Shown here: piece by piece, positions 19,685 to 29,824 of the stretch
Position numbering within the stretch: position 1 is the stretch's first letter
Layout of the letters: every line of letters begins with the position of its first letter
Assembly (NCBI GenBank): GCA_026414365.1
Contig: JAOAJD010000001.1
Span: forward strand, 167,687 to 231,686
DNA: 64,000 nt
Origin: Candidatus Iainarchaeum sp.
GTDB lineage: Archaea; Iainarchaeota; Iainarchaeia; Iainarchaeales; SKW153
Direction: 5' to 3'
Notes under the pieces: generated by a model
What the model saw: only the letters and a program-made list of their open reading frames with translations
The model's database searches: none
Told to the model about the DNA's origin: nothing
Translations under genes and position numbers: made by a program

Positions 19685-20992
19685 ATGTTAAACATATCTA
19701 TGAAGGAATATAATGCAGACTTGCATTTACATGGTAAATATTCAGGAGGAGTTAGTAAAAACATGGAATTGGGCCTTATGGCAGAACAAGCAAAACTAAA
19801 AGGATTGCATATATTAGCAACTGGCGATGTATTACACAAAGAATGGCTAAGACATATTAAGGCAAATCTGATTGAAGAAACAAATGGGTTATTTAAACAT
19901 AAAAAATTTGATTGTTACTTCATAATACAAACAGAAGTGGAATGTAAAGATAGAGTTCATCACATAATCTTTTTTCCAAGTATAGAAAGTGCTGAAGAAA
20001 TGAGAGAAAAGTTAGGAAAATTTGGTGATCTGGATTTAGAAGGTTTTGGCAGACCAAAACTAAAATGCAGTGCTGAAACAATAGTTGAAAAAGCTGAAGA
20101 AGTTGGAGCAATAGTTGGCCCAGCGCATGCATTTACTCCTTATTTTTCAGTATATGCTCATTTTGACAGTTTAAAACAATTGTACAAAGAAATGTATGAA
20201 AAAATTTATTATATAGAACTTGGTTTGAGCGCAGATTCATATCTGGCTGACTTAATAACAGAAAATCATAACTATTCTTTTATAACTGCTTCTGATGCAC
20301 ATAGTCCTTGGCCATTTAGATTAGGCAGAGAATTTACAAGATTTAGAATAAGAGAACCCTCATTTAAAGAAATAAAAAGAGCGTTAATTGAGAAAGAAGA
20401 AAAAAAGATAACTTTAAATGTAGGATTAGATCCAAGAGAAGGAAAATATCATAGAACTGCTTGTAATAAATGTTACACAAAATATAATTTAGAACAAGCT
20501 CAGAGAAATAAATGGAGATGCGTAAAATGTAATGGAACAATAAAAAAGGGTGTAAAGGAAAGAATTTTGGAACTAGCAAAAATAGAAGAAAGTGAAATTA
20601 GTAAGTATGAAGCAAATCAAATTAACCCAGAATTTAGACCACCTTATATTCACATTATCCCTTTAGCAGAGATAATTCAAATAACATTAAAAGAAAGAGA
20701 ACCAAACTCTGAAAAAGTACAGAAAATTTGGAAAAATTTTGTTGAAGTCTTTGAAAACGAAATTTTTGTTTTAATTGATGCTAAAATAGAAGAATTGAGT
20801 GAGTTAAATAAAGAGGTTGCTGAAAACATAAACTGTTTCAGGAAAGGTTTAGTAGTTTACGAAGAAGGTGGCGGTGGTAATTATGGAAAACCAATTATTT
20901 GTAAAGACAATCTTGAAATTGAAAAATTAAAAGAGGAGATAAAAAAATCAAAAAAAGATTTTTCTAAACAAAGAACCTTGAATGATTTTTAG
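19685..20992 (+). CDS. PHP-domain metal-dependent phosphoesterase with internal zinc ribbon
   Basis: N-terminal ADLHLHGKYS PHP signature, later His/Asp metal ligands (DAHSP), CNKC...CVKCNG zinc ribbon. Confidence 0.5.
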   Translation: MLNISMKEYNADLHLHGKYSGGVSKNMELGLMAEQAKLKGLHILATGDVLHKEWLRHIKANLIEETNGLFKHKKFDCYFIIQTEVECKDRVHHIIFFPSIESAEEMREKLGKFGDLDLEGFGRPKLKCSAETIVEKAEEVGAIVGPAHAFTPYFSVYAHFDSLKQLYKEMYEKIYYIELGLSADSYLADLITENHNYSFITASDAHSPWPFRLGREFTRFRIREPSFKEIKRALIEKEEKKITLNVGLDPREGKYHRTACNKCYTKYNLEQAQRNKWRCVKCNGTIKKGVKERILELAKIEESEISKYEANQINPEFRPPYIHIIPLAEIIQITLKEREPNSEKVQKIWKNFVEVFENEIFVLIDAKIEELSELNKEVAENINCFRKGLVVYEEGGGGNYGKPIICKDNLEIEKLKEEIKKSKKDFSKQRTLNDF

Positions 20993-21144
20993 ATATTGTG
21001 TAAATAAAAAGCAAGATATTTTTTTATCAAAATAAAAATCTCAGTTTCCAAATCAAGCTATTTCTGACTAATGATCGTTTTTGTCAAGAGTTCTAAACAA
21101 TTCAAACAAAAAAATAAATTAAAAAAAACCTAAAAAAAGCAAGA

Positions 21145-21924
21145 TCATCTTACATAAGTAAGCTTATCTACAGGCTCAACCTTTGGCTCTTCAGTTAATT
21201 GTTTGTTGAGCTCTGCAAATGCATTCTCAATTTCTTTAGCTTCCTTTTCTATTAAATCCATACTTATCTTCAAATTATACCTCTTTGTCAATATCTCAAG
21301 AACTGCCTTTGCAGCACCTTGATCACCATAAACTAACCTAGCATTTGTTTCACCCATCAGACAAGACGCTTTTACTTTATATTCCTCGTTGGCTATAGCT
21401 GGAATCAAGCCTGCAGCACCTGTTATTAAACCTTCGGATTTATCAACTATTGCTCCTAACTTTTCCCATTCTTCTAACAACTTCTTATCTGTAGCAGAAG
21501 CAATCACTCTTGGTTTAGAAGTTATTCTTTTATCCCCTATATTTATACCTGCCAAAGCACATATCTCAGAGAGTTTATATTTTTTCAAAGATTCGACTAT
21601 TGCTCTTGCAAATTCATAATGATCATAGCTACTCCCTAATCTTAGATCCAGAGCTGGTTGTACTGGGCCAGCCAAAAACAAAAAATCATTTTTGTTTCCT
21701 CTGTACAAATAAATCTCATCTTTGATTAGACTAATTATTCCTTTCGAAGTTTGAACACTAGGAGGGAAAGAATCAGAAGTTATTTCTGCAATCTTTTCAG
21801 GATTTAGCTGTTTAAGCATGTAATCAACACATATTTTACCAACTAAACCTATACCTGGCAAACCTGTAAACAATATACCTTTATTTACCTTTACTTTTTT
21901 AGTAAATTTTACGCTCGTTACCAT
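21145..21924 (-). CDS. proteasome assembly chaperone (PAC2/COG1938) family protein
   Basis: N-terminal FTGLPGIGLVG motif typical of archaeal PAC2 homologs; conserved position after aIF2-alpha. Confidence 0.5.
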   Translation of the reverse strand: MVTSVKFTKKVKVNKGILFTGLPGIGLVGKICVDYMLKQLNPEKIAEITSDSFPPSVQTSKGIISLIKDEIYLYRGNKNDFLFLAGPVQPALDLRLGSSYDHYEFARAIVESLKKYKLSEICALAGINIGDKRITSKPRVIASATDKKLLEEWEKLGAIVDKSEGLITGAAGLIPAIANEEYKVKASCLMGETNARLVYGDQGAAKAVLEILTKRYNLKISMDLIEKEAKEIENAFAELNKQLTEEPKVEPVDKLTYVR

Positions 21925-21934
21925 AACACCACCA

Positions 21935-22711
21935 TCATACTCTCTCTATAGAAGCTTCTCCTTTATTTTTTCTAACATAGTTAACTGCTCTTTCAGCTAT
22001 AATATTTATCTCTTTCTCAGCAGTCTTATAATCTAAAGCTTTAACTTTAACTAAATATTTTCCACTTCCTAAATAAGAAATATTGCATATATTCTCCTTC
22101 CCTTTTCTTGCTTCTAACAACGCATTTTTAATTATCTCTAACCCATTTGGCTCATATGAAGTCAATTTTAAAATTAAAGAAACTTCCCTTTCAGGAATCT
22201 CTATATTTTTCCTTATGACTTTAATCATTGCCTCTCTCCATTCTTCAGGTACTAGTTTAGCTTCTATCTCCCCATTAATTAAAATGCTTTCAAAAGCCTC
22301 TATCAGATTATCGTATTTTTTAAGTAGTGGTTCCGCAACATTTTCCCAGGCGGAATCAAAATCAGAATTCTTCTCTTTAGCAATAAGCTCAACTAATTTT
22401 TGTTGCCTTTTAAATAATCTAAATTCGTCCAACTTTTCTTTCTCTTTAGCCTCTGATATCTTAGTAAAGGAAACATCTATCTGATTCTTTTCCTTATCTA
22501 CTTTTATAACTTGCCCAACTTTTATCTGACCTTCTTTGACAAAATTTCTTATATTTTTTATCCAAGAAGAAGCAACTTGAGAAATATGCACAAAAGCTTG
22601 TATATTATCATACTCTAAAAGCTCAACTATTACCCCATAATCCATTATCTTAACAATCTTGCAAACTACTATATCTCCAACTTCAGGATAATCTTCCATG
22701 CTTTCACTCAA
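21935..22711 (-). CDS. eif2a: translation initiation factor 2 subunit alpha (aIF2-alpha)
   Basis: N-terminal S1 domain (GDIVVCKIVKIMDYGVIVEL...AFVHISQVASSW), helical and C-terminal alpha-beta domains, 258 aa. Confidence 0.85.
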   Translation of the reverse strand: MSESMEDYPEVGDIVVCKIVKIMDYGVIVELLEYDNIQAFVHISQVASSWIKNIRNFVKEGQIKVGQVIKVDKEKNQIDVSFTKISEAKEKEKLDEFRLFKRQQKLVELIAKEKNSDFDSAWENVAEPLLKKYDNLIEAFESILINGEIEAKLVPEEWREAMIKVIRKNIEIPEREVSLILKLTSYEPNGLEIIKNALLEARKGKENICNISYLGSGKYLVKVKALDYKTAEKEINIIAERAVNYVRKNKGEASIERV

Positions 22712-22910
22712 GTATTGAAATAACTTTAGATTTCAACTTTAACTTAGAACCAGTACTTTCTGCTAAATCTTTTTCGCAAACTAAACATTTTACTTTAGAG
22801 GTTGCTGGTGCACTAAATATAATTTGCTCGTTACCACAACCACTACATTTTACTCTTAAAAATTTTGTTTTTGGATGAGGAATATATTTTGCATAATCCA
22901 TATCAATCAC
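22704..22910 (-). CDS. rps27e: 30S ribosomal protein S27e
   Basis: C4 zinc finger VKCSGCGNEQIIFS...VKCLVCEKDL, 68 aa. Confidence 0.85.
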   Translation of the reverse strand: MIDMDYAKYIPHPKTKFLRVKCSGCGNEQIIFSAPATSKVKCLVCEKDLAESTGSKLKLKSKVISILE

Positions 22911-23483
22911 CTAAATCATTTTCGCCACATTTTTCTTAATAAGAAGTTTTGCTATCTCATAAGGCAATGAAATCTCTTGATCCTTCTTAAATGGACCATA
23001 GGTTTTCATATCTGCTCCAATAAAACTGGGGATATCTGAAAGAATTTTGACATAAACAATATTTAAATCCTTTTGGCCTTCTTTATTGTTAAGATTAAAC
23101 ATCTCATTTAAAACACGGTTATAAAAATCCAGTTCTCTAATAATGTTATCATAAAGCTTCTTTTCATGCCAAGGCAGTTGTGGAATAAATTCCTCTTCTT
23201 TATTGGAACGCGCTAAAGCTATATTAATTATTTTCTTTTTTCTTGCAGAAAAAATTTCTTCAAGAACCTGTTTAATAATTTGTAGATCTTTAGTTTTATC
23301 ATACATAAGATTGGATTTAGAGCTAAGATCTTGCTGTTTCTTGACAAAATCTCTTAGCTCGTTATAAAAATTGTCTGGCAAAACAGACAACTTAGAAGAA
23401 GTAGTCTCGAACTTATGTATTTTTCTAATATCATCAAAATTTAAAGGCAAACTAACCACCCAAAGTAGCATAATTTCTTGCAA
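22911..23483 (-). CDS. hypothetical helical protein; candidate GINS subunit (Gins51/Gins15-like) by position next to priS
   Basis: 190 aa, no signature motifs; in several archaea the Gins15 gene is adjacent to priS. Context-based only. Confidence 0.3.
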   Translation of the reverse strand: MQEIMLLWVVSLPLNFDDIRKIHKFETTSSKLSVLPDNFYNELRDFVKKQQDLSSKSNLMYDKTKDLQIIKQVLEEIFSARKKKIINIALARSNKEEEFIPQLPWHEKKLYDNIIRELDFYNRVLNEMFNLNNKEGQKDLNIVYVKILSDIPSFIGADMKTYGPFKKDQEISLPYEIAKLLIKKNVAKMI

Positions 23484-24666
23484 TCAAATATATTGCAGCG
23501 TAAGCTGGTAACTCTACTGTCTCATTTTCATATGGTCCAAAAACTTTTGAATTCAACTCAAAAGAAGGTACGCTTTTAACATTAATCTTAATTGCTTTCT
23601 CTGGGAAAACTATAGAATTTTTTAAAGGATCGAAATTTTTAATATCTCTTAACTCAACAATACTTGCTTTTAATCCAGTAGCACCGTGCAAAGAGTCTGG
23701 AAGTCTAACAATTTTTTTTATATCTACAGAAGTTTGTCTATCTATAGGCAAAGCTTCTTTATTTATACTGTAAGATATCAAAGAATTCCAAAATTTCTCA
23801 TTTTTGTGGAAAAGTTTAGGCAAATATCCGTTCTTCATACTATTAATAACTAAATCACTATTATATATTATCCTTTTTGCGCTAGATAAAGTTATACCTG
23901 TTGCCAAAGCAAGCTCTTCATAATTAGCAGACATGAAAATATTCTTTATAGCAAGCAATATCTTTTTTTGCCAACCTCTCGCAGAGTTTTCAGCTGGACA
24001 ATAGAAAACCCCATCTTGATAGTTGAAACCTAAAGATTTTGTATCTAAAAAATGAGCAGTTAGATAATCAACCAATTCAACTCTTGCATTTTGTTTTAAA
24101 TTTTTAATTTCGTGCATTCTAACATGTACGTGATAGCCCTTAAAACCTGAAAAATTAACATAGATACCTTCGTCTATACCAAAATCAGATTTTAACCAAG
24201 ATATAAGTTTTAGTGTATTCTGTTTAGCTTTTTCTAAGCAATTTTTACAGACCCACTGATCTAATTCAACACGACCACCACAGTAAGGACATTTTTCGGG
24301 AGCACCCTGACCTTTTGCATTACAACTTTTACAAGACCACCTATCATGTTTATCTACACAATCTTCATTAAAATCATCTGCATCAAACTCATAAATCAAA
24401 TCAGAACCTAAAAATCCTTTGGCTTCCATTGGTGTAGCATCAGGCTTTTTATAATAAGCACAAGAATACGAAATATAAAGAGGTATTTCTGCCCTTAAAA
24501 AATTGTTAAGCTCTTTTTCGTTTTGAAAAGCGAAATGTCTTTTATCTATTTTCTTACCAAATGAACCTATTCCAAACTCTCTATTCTCTATACTATCTGG
24601 AGCTGGAACCTTATTTTTAGAGTAATACCAACCAAACGCCTTTTTTAAAAAATCTTCATTTTTCAT
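23452..24666 (-). CDS. priS: DNA primase small (catalytic) subunit PriS
   Basis: Catalytic acidic motif LIYEFDADDF, Zn knuckle CKSCN...CPYCG, HVHV motif; 404 aa. Confidence 0.85.
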   Translation of the reverse strand: MKNEDFLKKAFGWYYSKNKVPAPDSIENREFGIGSFGKKIDKRHFAFQNEKELNNFLRAEIPLYISYSCAYYKKPDATPMEAKGFLGSDLIYEFDADDFNEDCVDKHDRWSCKSCNAKGQGAPEKCPYCGGRVELDQWVCKNCLEKAKQNTLKLISWLKSDFGIDEGIYVNFSGFKGYHVHVRMHEIKNLKQNARVELVDYLTAHFLDTKSLGFNYQDGVFYCPAENSARGWQKKILLAIKNIFMSANYEELALATGITLSSAKRIIYNSDLVINSMKNGYLPKLFHKNEKFWNSLISYSINKEALPIDRQTSVDIKKIVRLPDSLHGATGLKASIVELRDIKNFDPLKNSIVFPEKAIKINVKSVPSFELNSKVFGPYENETVELPAYAAIYLIARNYATLGG

Positions 24667-24822
24667 TAAATAAATTTGAAAGATAAATATTAAAAAAAGA
24701 AGAATTTTAACGATTGCGAAAAATTTTGAGAAATGCTAATTAAAAAAATCCTTCTTAATTAAAAAGCTTAATAATATTTGAATCCTGTTCTTACAAAAAT
24801 TCGTGATTTAAAAAAAGTTTTG

Positions 24823-25821
24823 TTATTTTTGCTTCTTATCAGTAAACAACATCTTTTTGTAATAAACAATTGGGTTTTTAACATTACAATTATCTTTGCA
24901 CAAACCATATTCTCTCAGTTTGGCACAGCTTGGAGGTAAAAACCTTTTTTTAGAAAAAATCCTATCTACGTGATATTTTGTTTTGGTCTCATTATAATTT
25001 GGAGCATTTTTAAACAATTCAATAATACTTTCCTTTTTCATCCCTACCGCGGCCAAAAATACTGCTAAATAGAACCTTGCAATGTGAGTTAAATTCGAAC
25101 CTGACAAAAGAGAGAAATAAAGCTCTCTATAACAAGCAGGGAAAGCATTTGGATATATGTTTTGAATTTTGTTAAAAGAAATTTTATACTTCCTAGAAAA
25201 AATATCATTTCTTATCGAATTTGCTTCTTCTTTTAAACTCGAAGGTAACCCATCAACACTACAAGGCAAAGTATTTAATAACTCTGAGAAAATATGATTT
25301 GACAAAAATTTTGCAAATTTTTCCCGACTCAAATAAACATTTCCCGCATCTAACCTCTGATTAACAAGTTTAAAACTGTTATCATTATCAAAACAATCAA
25401 CTTTTAAGAACGAAAACAATGGGATAACTACAAAATCATTTTTAGTAGAAAATTCAATATTCAAATCATATGCAAGGTCAAAAACTTCAGAAAAATTATT
25501 ATTAGTTAAATTATCATAGGTTCTCTTTGCAATATATTTTGCAAACCTTGTGTATAACTCTTCATTAGCTATTATTGAAACATAGATTTTTGCCAGAGGG
25601 TAAGCCAAAATATGATCTAATAATAACTCTTTAGAGTAAACTTTGATATCATAGGGGCTTAGAAATGTTCTAAAATAAGAATCGAGGATTATTCCCTTTG
25701 CTAAATCTTTTGTTTCTAAACTAACTTTTGAAAAATCATCAACATAGTATTTAACAATATCTCTTGCAACAGAAGAAAACGGATATTTAGCCGCAAACTG
25801 AAACTCTTCCTGAGAAAACAT
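24823..25821 (-). CDS. priL: DNA primase large subunit PriL
   Basis: C-terminal Fe-S cysteines (PACY...CAKLREYGLCKDNC), helical body, adjacent to priS. Confidence 0.7.
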   Translation of the reverse strand: MFSQEEFQFAAKYPFSSVARDIVKYYVDDFSKVSLETKDLAKGIILDSYFRTFLSPYDIKVYSKELLLDHILAYPLAKIYVSIIANEELYTRFAKYIAKRTYDNLTNNNFSEVFDLAYDLNIEFSTKNDFVVIPLFSFLKVDCFDNDNSFKLVNQRLDAGNVYLSREKFAKFLSNHIFSELLNTLPCSVDGLPSSLKEEANSIRNDIFSRKYKISFNKIQNIYPNAFPACYRELYFSLLSGSNLTHIARFYLAVFLAAVGMKKESIIELFKNAPNYNETKTKYHVDRIFSKKRFLPPSCAKLREYGLCKDNCNVKNPIVYYKKMLFTDKKQK

Positions 25822-25880
25822 AAATAATATTGATAATAAAAAAAATAATAAATAAAATATTCTTTCACTTTTATAGACTC

Positions 25881-26600
25881 CTACAGTAGCATGTGAGCCA
25901 GATAGAAATCTATCTTGGAAGTTCCTATGTTATAGCTTATCTTCATTGGGGAATCATTACCTAAAGCAATAAAAATATCCTTATCATTATCTGCCTCTTT
26001 GATTATATTGGATAAAAAGTTTAGGGAATATTTAGAAATAACTTCTTTAGAAGCATTTATTTTGACCAACTTTTCTTTCGCTTCAATTACCAAACTACCC
26101 GCAGTACTTTTAGACTCTAAACTTAAAATTCCTTTATTAACTCTGAAAATGACAGAACTACCAAACAAAGCTGCATCTTTTAATGCCTCTTTTAACACTT
26201 TAGCAGTTATTTTAATATTAGCCGTCTCCTCTATCTTAGGAATATCAATTTCTTCTTCACTTATGTCTATTAGGGGTAAACTAAAACTCCTAAAAACTTC
26301 GCCCTTCAAAAAAATTTTAATTTCAGAATCATCTATTTCTAAAGATAACTCATCTTCAGGATTTGCCCGGGATAAAACCTTATTGAATTCTGTTATATCA
26401 ACACCTATCAAAGTTGGCTCTACATCGAATTTATCAAAAATTTTCTTATCTGCAAAATAGTCAACTAAAACTATTTGACTTGGGTCTATAGATCTAAAAA
26501 ACAAACCTCTATCATTAAATCTGAAATTACCTTCAGAAATAAAAGAAGATATTGCAGATATTGCCTTCCTAAAAAACTCTGGATTTCTTACTACTATCAT
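25881..26600 (-). CDS. pcn: DNA polymerase sliding clamp PCNA (paralog 1)
   Basis: 239 aa, two-domain PCNA pattern incl. IDPSQIVLVDY and C-terminal region. Confidence 0.85.
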   Translation of the reverse strand: MIVVRNPEFFRKAISAISSFISEGNFRFNDRGLFFRSIDPSQIVLVDYFADKKIFDKFDVEPTLIGVDITEFNKVLSRANPEDELSLEIDDSEIKIFLKGEVFRSFSLPLIDISEEEIDIPKIEETANIKITAKVLKEALKDAALFGSSVIFRVNKGILSLESKSTAGSLVIEAKEKLVKINASKEVISKYSLNFLSNIIKEADNDKDIFIALGNDSPMKISYNIGTSKIDFYLAHMLL

Positions 26601-26708
26601 TACTATCTACCAAACCTTTAATAAAAACAAGAAAATTCAACAAGAACAGAACATATTAATAATAAAACAGTTATTTATTTAAAAGAATTTTTACTATTTT
26701 TTTGCAAC

Positions 26709-27173
26709 ATGAATAAAAAATCTAAAAATGAAATCTTTATTGCTTCAGATCATGCTGGTTTTGAACACAAAGAGTTTATAAAGAACAAACTAACAAAAAA
26801 AGGCTTTGAAGTTTTTGATTTAGGTTGCTATAACAAAGAAAGTTGTGATTATCCTGACTTTGCGAAAATATTGGCAAAAAAAGTTTTGAAAAAAAAAATT
26901 TTTGGTATATTAATCTGTGGTACAGGTATAGGAATGTCTATTACAGCAAACAGGTTTAGAGGTATAAGAGCGGCACTTTGCACTAACAGTTATATGGCAA
27001 AAGTTGCTAGAGAACACAACGACGCGAATATCCTCTGTTTAGGTTCAAGAATTTTAAGTAAAAAAGAAGCACTTAAAATCTCAGAAATTTTTTTGACTAC
27101 TGAATTTTCAGGGGAAATAAGACACAAAAGAAGAATAAGAAAGATAGATATTGTGAATACAAAAACTTGTTAA
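26709..27173 (+). CDS. rpiB: ribose-5-phosphate isomerase B
   Basis: IASDHAGF, GILICGTGIGMSITANR, CLGSR motifs of RpiB/LacAB family. Confidence 0.85.
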   Translation: MNKKSKNEIFIASDHAGFEHKEFIKNKLTKKGFEVFDLGCYNKESCDYPDFAKILAKKVLKKKIFGILICGTGIGMSITANRFRGIRAALCTNSYMAKVAREHNDANILCLGSRILSKKEALKISEIFLTTEFSGEIRHKRRIRKIDIVNTKTC

Positions 27174-27238
27174 CAAGCATTATTTTCTAATGACTCAACA
27201 AAGTAGAAATAGTAGATAAAATTAAGATATGTGCAATC

Positions 27239-27988
27239 CTACTCTACTTCTATACGAGGGGCAAGATAATAAATAATATTTGCTTTCCCAATATCATACT
27301 GTAACTTAACTGGCGCATCTTGTTTTAACCACAACATGATTTCTGTATTCGGTGAAGTTCCTTTCATCATATTAGAAAGATAATCCAAAGGAAATGTAGC
27401 CTTTAAACTACCCTTAGATTTTAAAGATATTAATGCAGTATCATTTTTTGATAATTCATTCCTAAAACTTCCTTTACTTGATTCTGCATACATAACAAAA
27501 GTGCCATCATCGATGGCTAGAGTAATATGATTACTTAATAAAGAAGCATCTTTCAAAGAATCTTGAAACATGTCTGCCTTTATTTTAAGTTCGGCATCAA
27601 AACTAATTTTTGGATTTGGCAATTCCATTGAACTAATATCTATGAGTGGAACAGAAAATGTTCTCTTAGAAGCACCTTTCAGGATTATTTTTAGATTGCC
27701 CTCTTCGACAATTAGATGAAGTTCATCTTTAGGTTTTGCTCTAGAAACAAGCTCTGCAAGATGATTTAAATCTAGACCTATTTTTGTCTTTTCAACTAAT
27801 TTATATGATTTAAAACTTTCTTTTTTAATTAGAAAATCCACCATAGAAATTTGACTAGGATCTGTAGCCTTTAAGGTTAAACCATTATTATCAACTATAA
27901 ACTCTGCTTCGTTTATAAGCACAGAGATTGCATCTATGCTCTTCTTAAAATCGGATGCCTCTTCTAAAACAAGTTCTAAATTAGTCAT
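27239..27988 (-). CDS. pcn: DNA polymerase sliding clamp PCNA (paralog 2)
   Basis: ~30% identical to paralog 1 (ATDPSQISMVDF, YLAPRIE); start set to MTNLELV by alignment with paralog 1 (ORF track begins 18 nt upstream). Confidence 0.8.
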   Translation of the reverse strand: MTNLELVLEEASDFKKSIDAISVLINEAEFIVDNNGLTLKATDPSQISMVDFLIKKESFKSYKLVEKTKIGLDLNHLAELVSRAKPKDELHLIVEEGNLKIILKGASKRTFSVPLIDISSMELPNPKISFDAELKIKADMFQDSLKDASLLSNHITLAIDDGTFVMYAESSKGSFRNELSKNDTALISLKSKGSLKATFPLDYLSNMMKGTSPNTEIMLWLKQDAPVKLQYDIGKANIIYYLAPRIEVE

Positions 27989-28086
27989 GTAAATAATGAA
28001 ATACAAAAAGAATATTAATAATTACTCTGATGTCCTCTAAAAAATGTTATTTTTAATAATTGCGCCAGACATGCAAAAAAGATTAG

Positions 28087-28968
28087 CTAAGGGAAATAAC
28101 AGTCTTGTTTACAACCAAAAATTAGGTTAGGTAAATCATCAAAAATCAAAATTTTAACATATCCTATCAATGGAATCTTTAGAATAACTTTTCCATCAAT
28201 TTTATCTGCAGGGATAGGATAATAAGATATCGGTTTGATATAAAATTGATAATCTTGATCAATAATGGGATTTTTATAAGAATCACCTTTTGTCAAAATA
28301 AAAACGCCATCTTTAGCAACTATCTTTACAACCGCCCTATGGATTATCTGTTTATTCAATGAATCTGAATAGTATATTACTATATCGCCCCTCCTTTCAA
28401 TATCTACTCTTTGCCCATCTTTAAAGATTAAATATTTAGTTTCGAAAGAATCTAGTGGAATCTTACCTTTGACATAAAGACTTAAAAAATAGCTACAATC
28501 TTTTATAAAACTAGGGTCTTCTATAAAAGCACAATAAGAAGTTGCATAATTTCCTAAAGGCATATTATTAATTTCAAAATCGAAATAAATTGTCTTTGCA
28601 TTCAAATCATTCGCTGAAGTTCCTTTAGCTAAAACAAAATCCCCTCTGCTAAGCTCAGGTACCATACTGTAAGAATAAACTATTGCTGCTGGGATTTTTG
28701 TAGACAATAAAAAACCAAGAATAATATATAAAGAAAATGCAAAAAAAGCTGCAAAAAATATATTTACAATTAATTCAATAAATTTGTTTTTGTTGGGGTT
28801 GACAACTGGCATTACATAAATATCCACATAAGTAAAAGGATCTAACCATTTGAGATTTTCTTTTATTCTATTAAAAACGTTCCAAAGATTATCTTTATTT
28901 TCTTTTTCCATTTTTCTTTTAGCCAAAAAATCACCTTTTAGATTCTCCTGAAGAAATACCCGATGCAA
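28087..28968 (-). CDS. signal peptidase I (S26/Sec11-like) with C-terminal extension
   Basis: N-terminal TM, SMVP (Ser nucleophile box) followed by GDFV, later His region; 293 aa. Confidence 0.45.
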   Translation of the reverse strand: MHRVFLQENLKGDFLAKRKMEKENKDNLWNVFNRIKENLKWLDPFTYVDIYVMPVVNPNKNKFIELIVNIFFAAFFAFSLYIILGFLLSTKIPAAIVYSYSMVPELSRGDFVLAKGTSANDLNAKTIYFDFEINNMPLGNYATSYCAFIEDPSFIKDCSYFLSLYVKGKIPLDSFETKYLIFKDGQRVDIERRGDIVIYYSDSLNKQIIHRAVVKIVAKDGVFILTKGDSYKNPIIDQDYQFYIKPISYYPIPADKIDGKVILKIPLIGYVKILIFDDLPNLIFGCKQDCYFP

Positions 28969-29497
28969 TAATATGACTAAGTCTTATTGGCTCTGGTAAT
29001 CTAGAATTAATAATAGTTCTTTTTAATAAAATAGTCGCCTTTTCTTTAGTTGTACCTACTACCTGAAAATAAAAACCATTAAGAAGATAGATCTTCCCGG
29101 CGTTTTTGAATAGTCTTCTCCTTAAATTAAAATCAGGGAATTTTTTCAGAGCTGAAAATATCTTTGTAAAATTAGGTTTTTTCTTTATTATCACAAGAAC
29201 AGGGAGATTTAGTTCGTTATATATGCGCTTTATATCTGCAATATTAAAACCTGCAAAATTAATGCCGCTAAGCATGATAGCAGAGATTTGGTCATAAAAT
29301 CTACTATTTTTTATTAGATCGATTATTTTTTCAGTTACATCTAACCCATCTTTTTTAATATATCCGGAAAGTACACCTTCTATTAAGCCATCAATCCTAT
29401 AAACAACACCTACTAAAAGTACATTGTATGAGTCTCTAGAAAAAAAACCATCATCAAAAGCTATTACCCTAGTAGCTTTCTTTACAATATCTTTCAT
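28931..29497 (-). CDS. DUF99/UPF0215 family protein (exosome-neighbourhood endonuclease-like)
   Basis: N-terminal VIAFDDGFF motif; conserved position next to rpoL-csl4. Confidence 0.4.
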   Translation of the reverse strand: MKDIVKKATRVIAFDDGFFSRDSYNVLLVGVVYRIDGLIEGVLSGYIKKDGLDVTEKIIDLIKNSRFYDQISAIMLSGINFAGFNIADIKRIYNELNLPVLVIIKKKPNFTKIFSALKKFPDFNLRRRLFKNAGKIYLLNGFYFQVVGTTKEKATILLKRTIINSRLPEPIRLSHIIASGISSGESKR

Positions 29498-29534
29498 AGT
29501 AATTTTAAAATTTATTTTCGCCTAAATTAAAAAC

Positions 29535-29810
29535 TTATTTTAATTTCTTTAGAGAATTTTGAAAATTATTTGCTTCCTCAATTATCTCATCACATGCTTG
29601 TGCTATAATCTCTTTTGGATCCTTACCATTGGTTCTTATAAAAAATCTTGCTCTGTTATCTAAAGGATGATCAAGCTTGTAAGCTACAAAATCTACATGC
29701 TTGTTACTCTCCAACTTGTTTTTTAAAAGTGCTGGCAGAGTATGTCTCTCACCCTTTATATAAAATTCTAAAGAATTCTTTTCCTTCGAAATCAATTCCA
29801 ACTCCAACAA
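29535..29810 (-). CDS. rpoL: DNA-directed RNA polymerase subunit L (Rpb11 homolog)
   Basis: 91 aa, LELELISKEKNSLEF...HTLPALLKNKL...VDFVAYKLDHPL pattern. Confidence 0.8.
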   Translation of the reverse strand: MLELELISKEKNSLEFYIKGERHTLPALLKNKLESNKHVDFVAYKLDHPLDNRARFFIRTNGKDPKEIIAQACDEIIEEANNFQNSLKKLK

Positions 29811-29824
29811 ATCACCCCTTAAAT

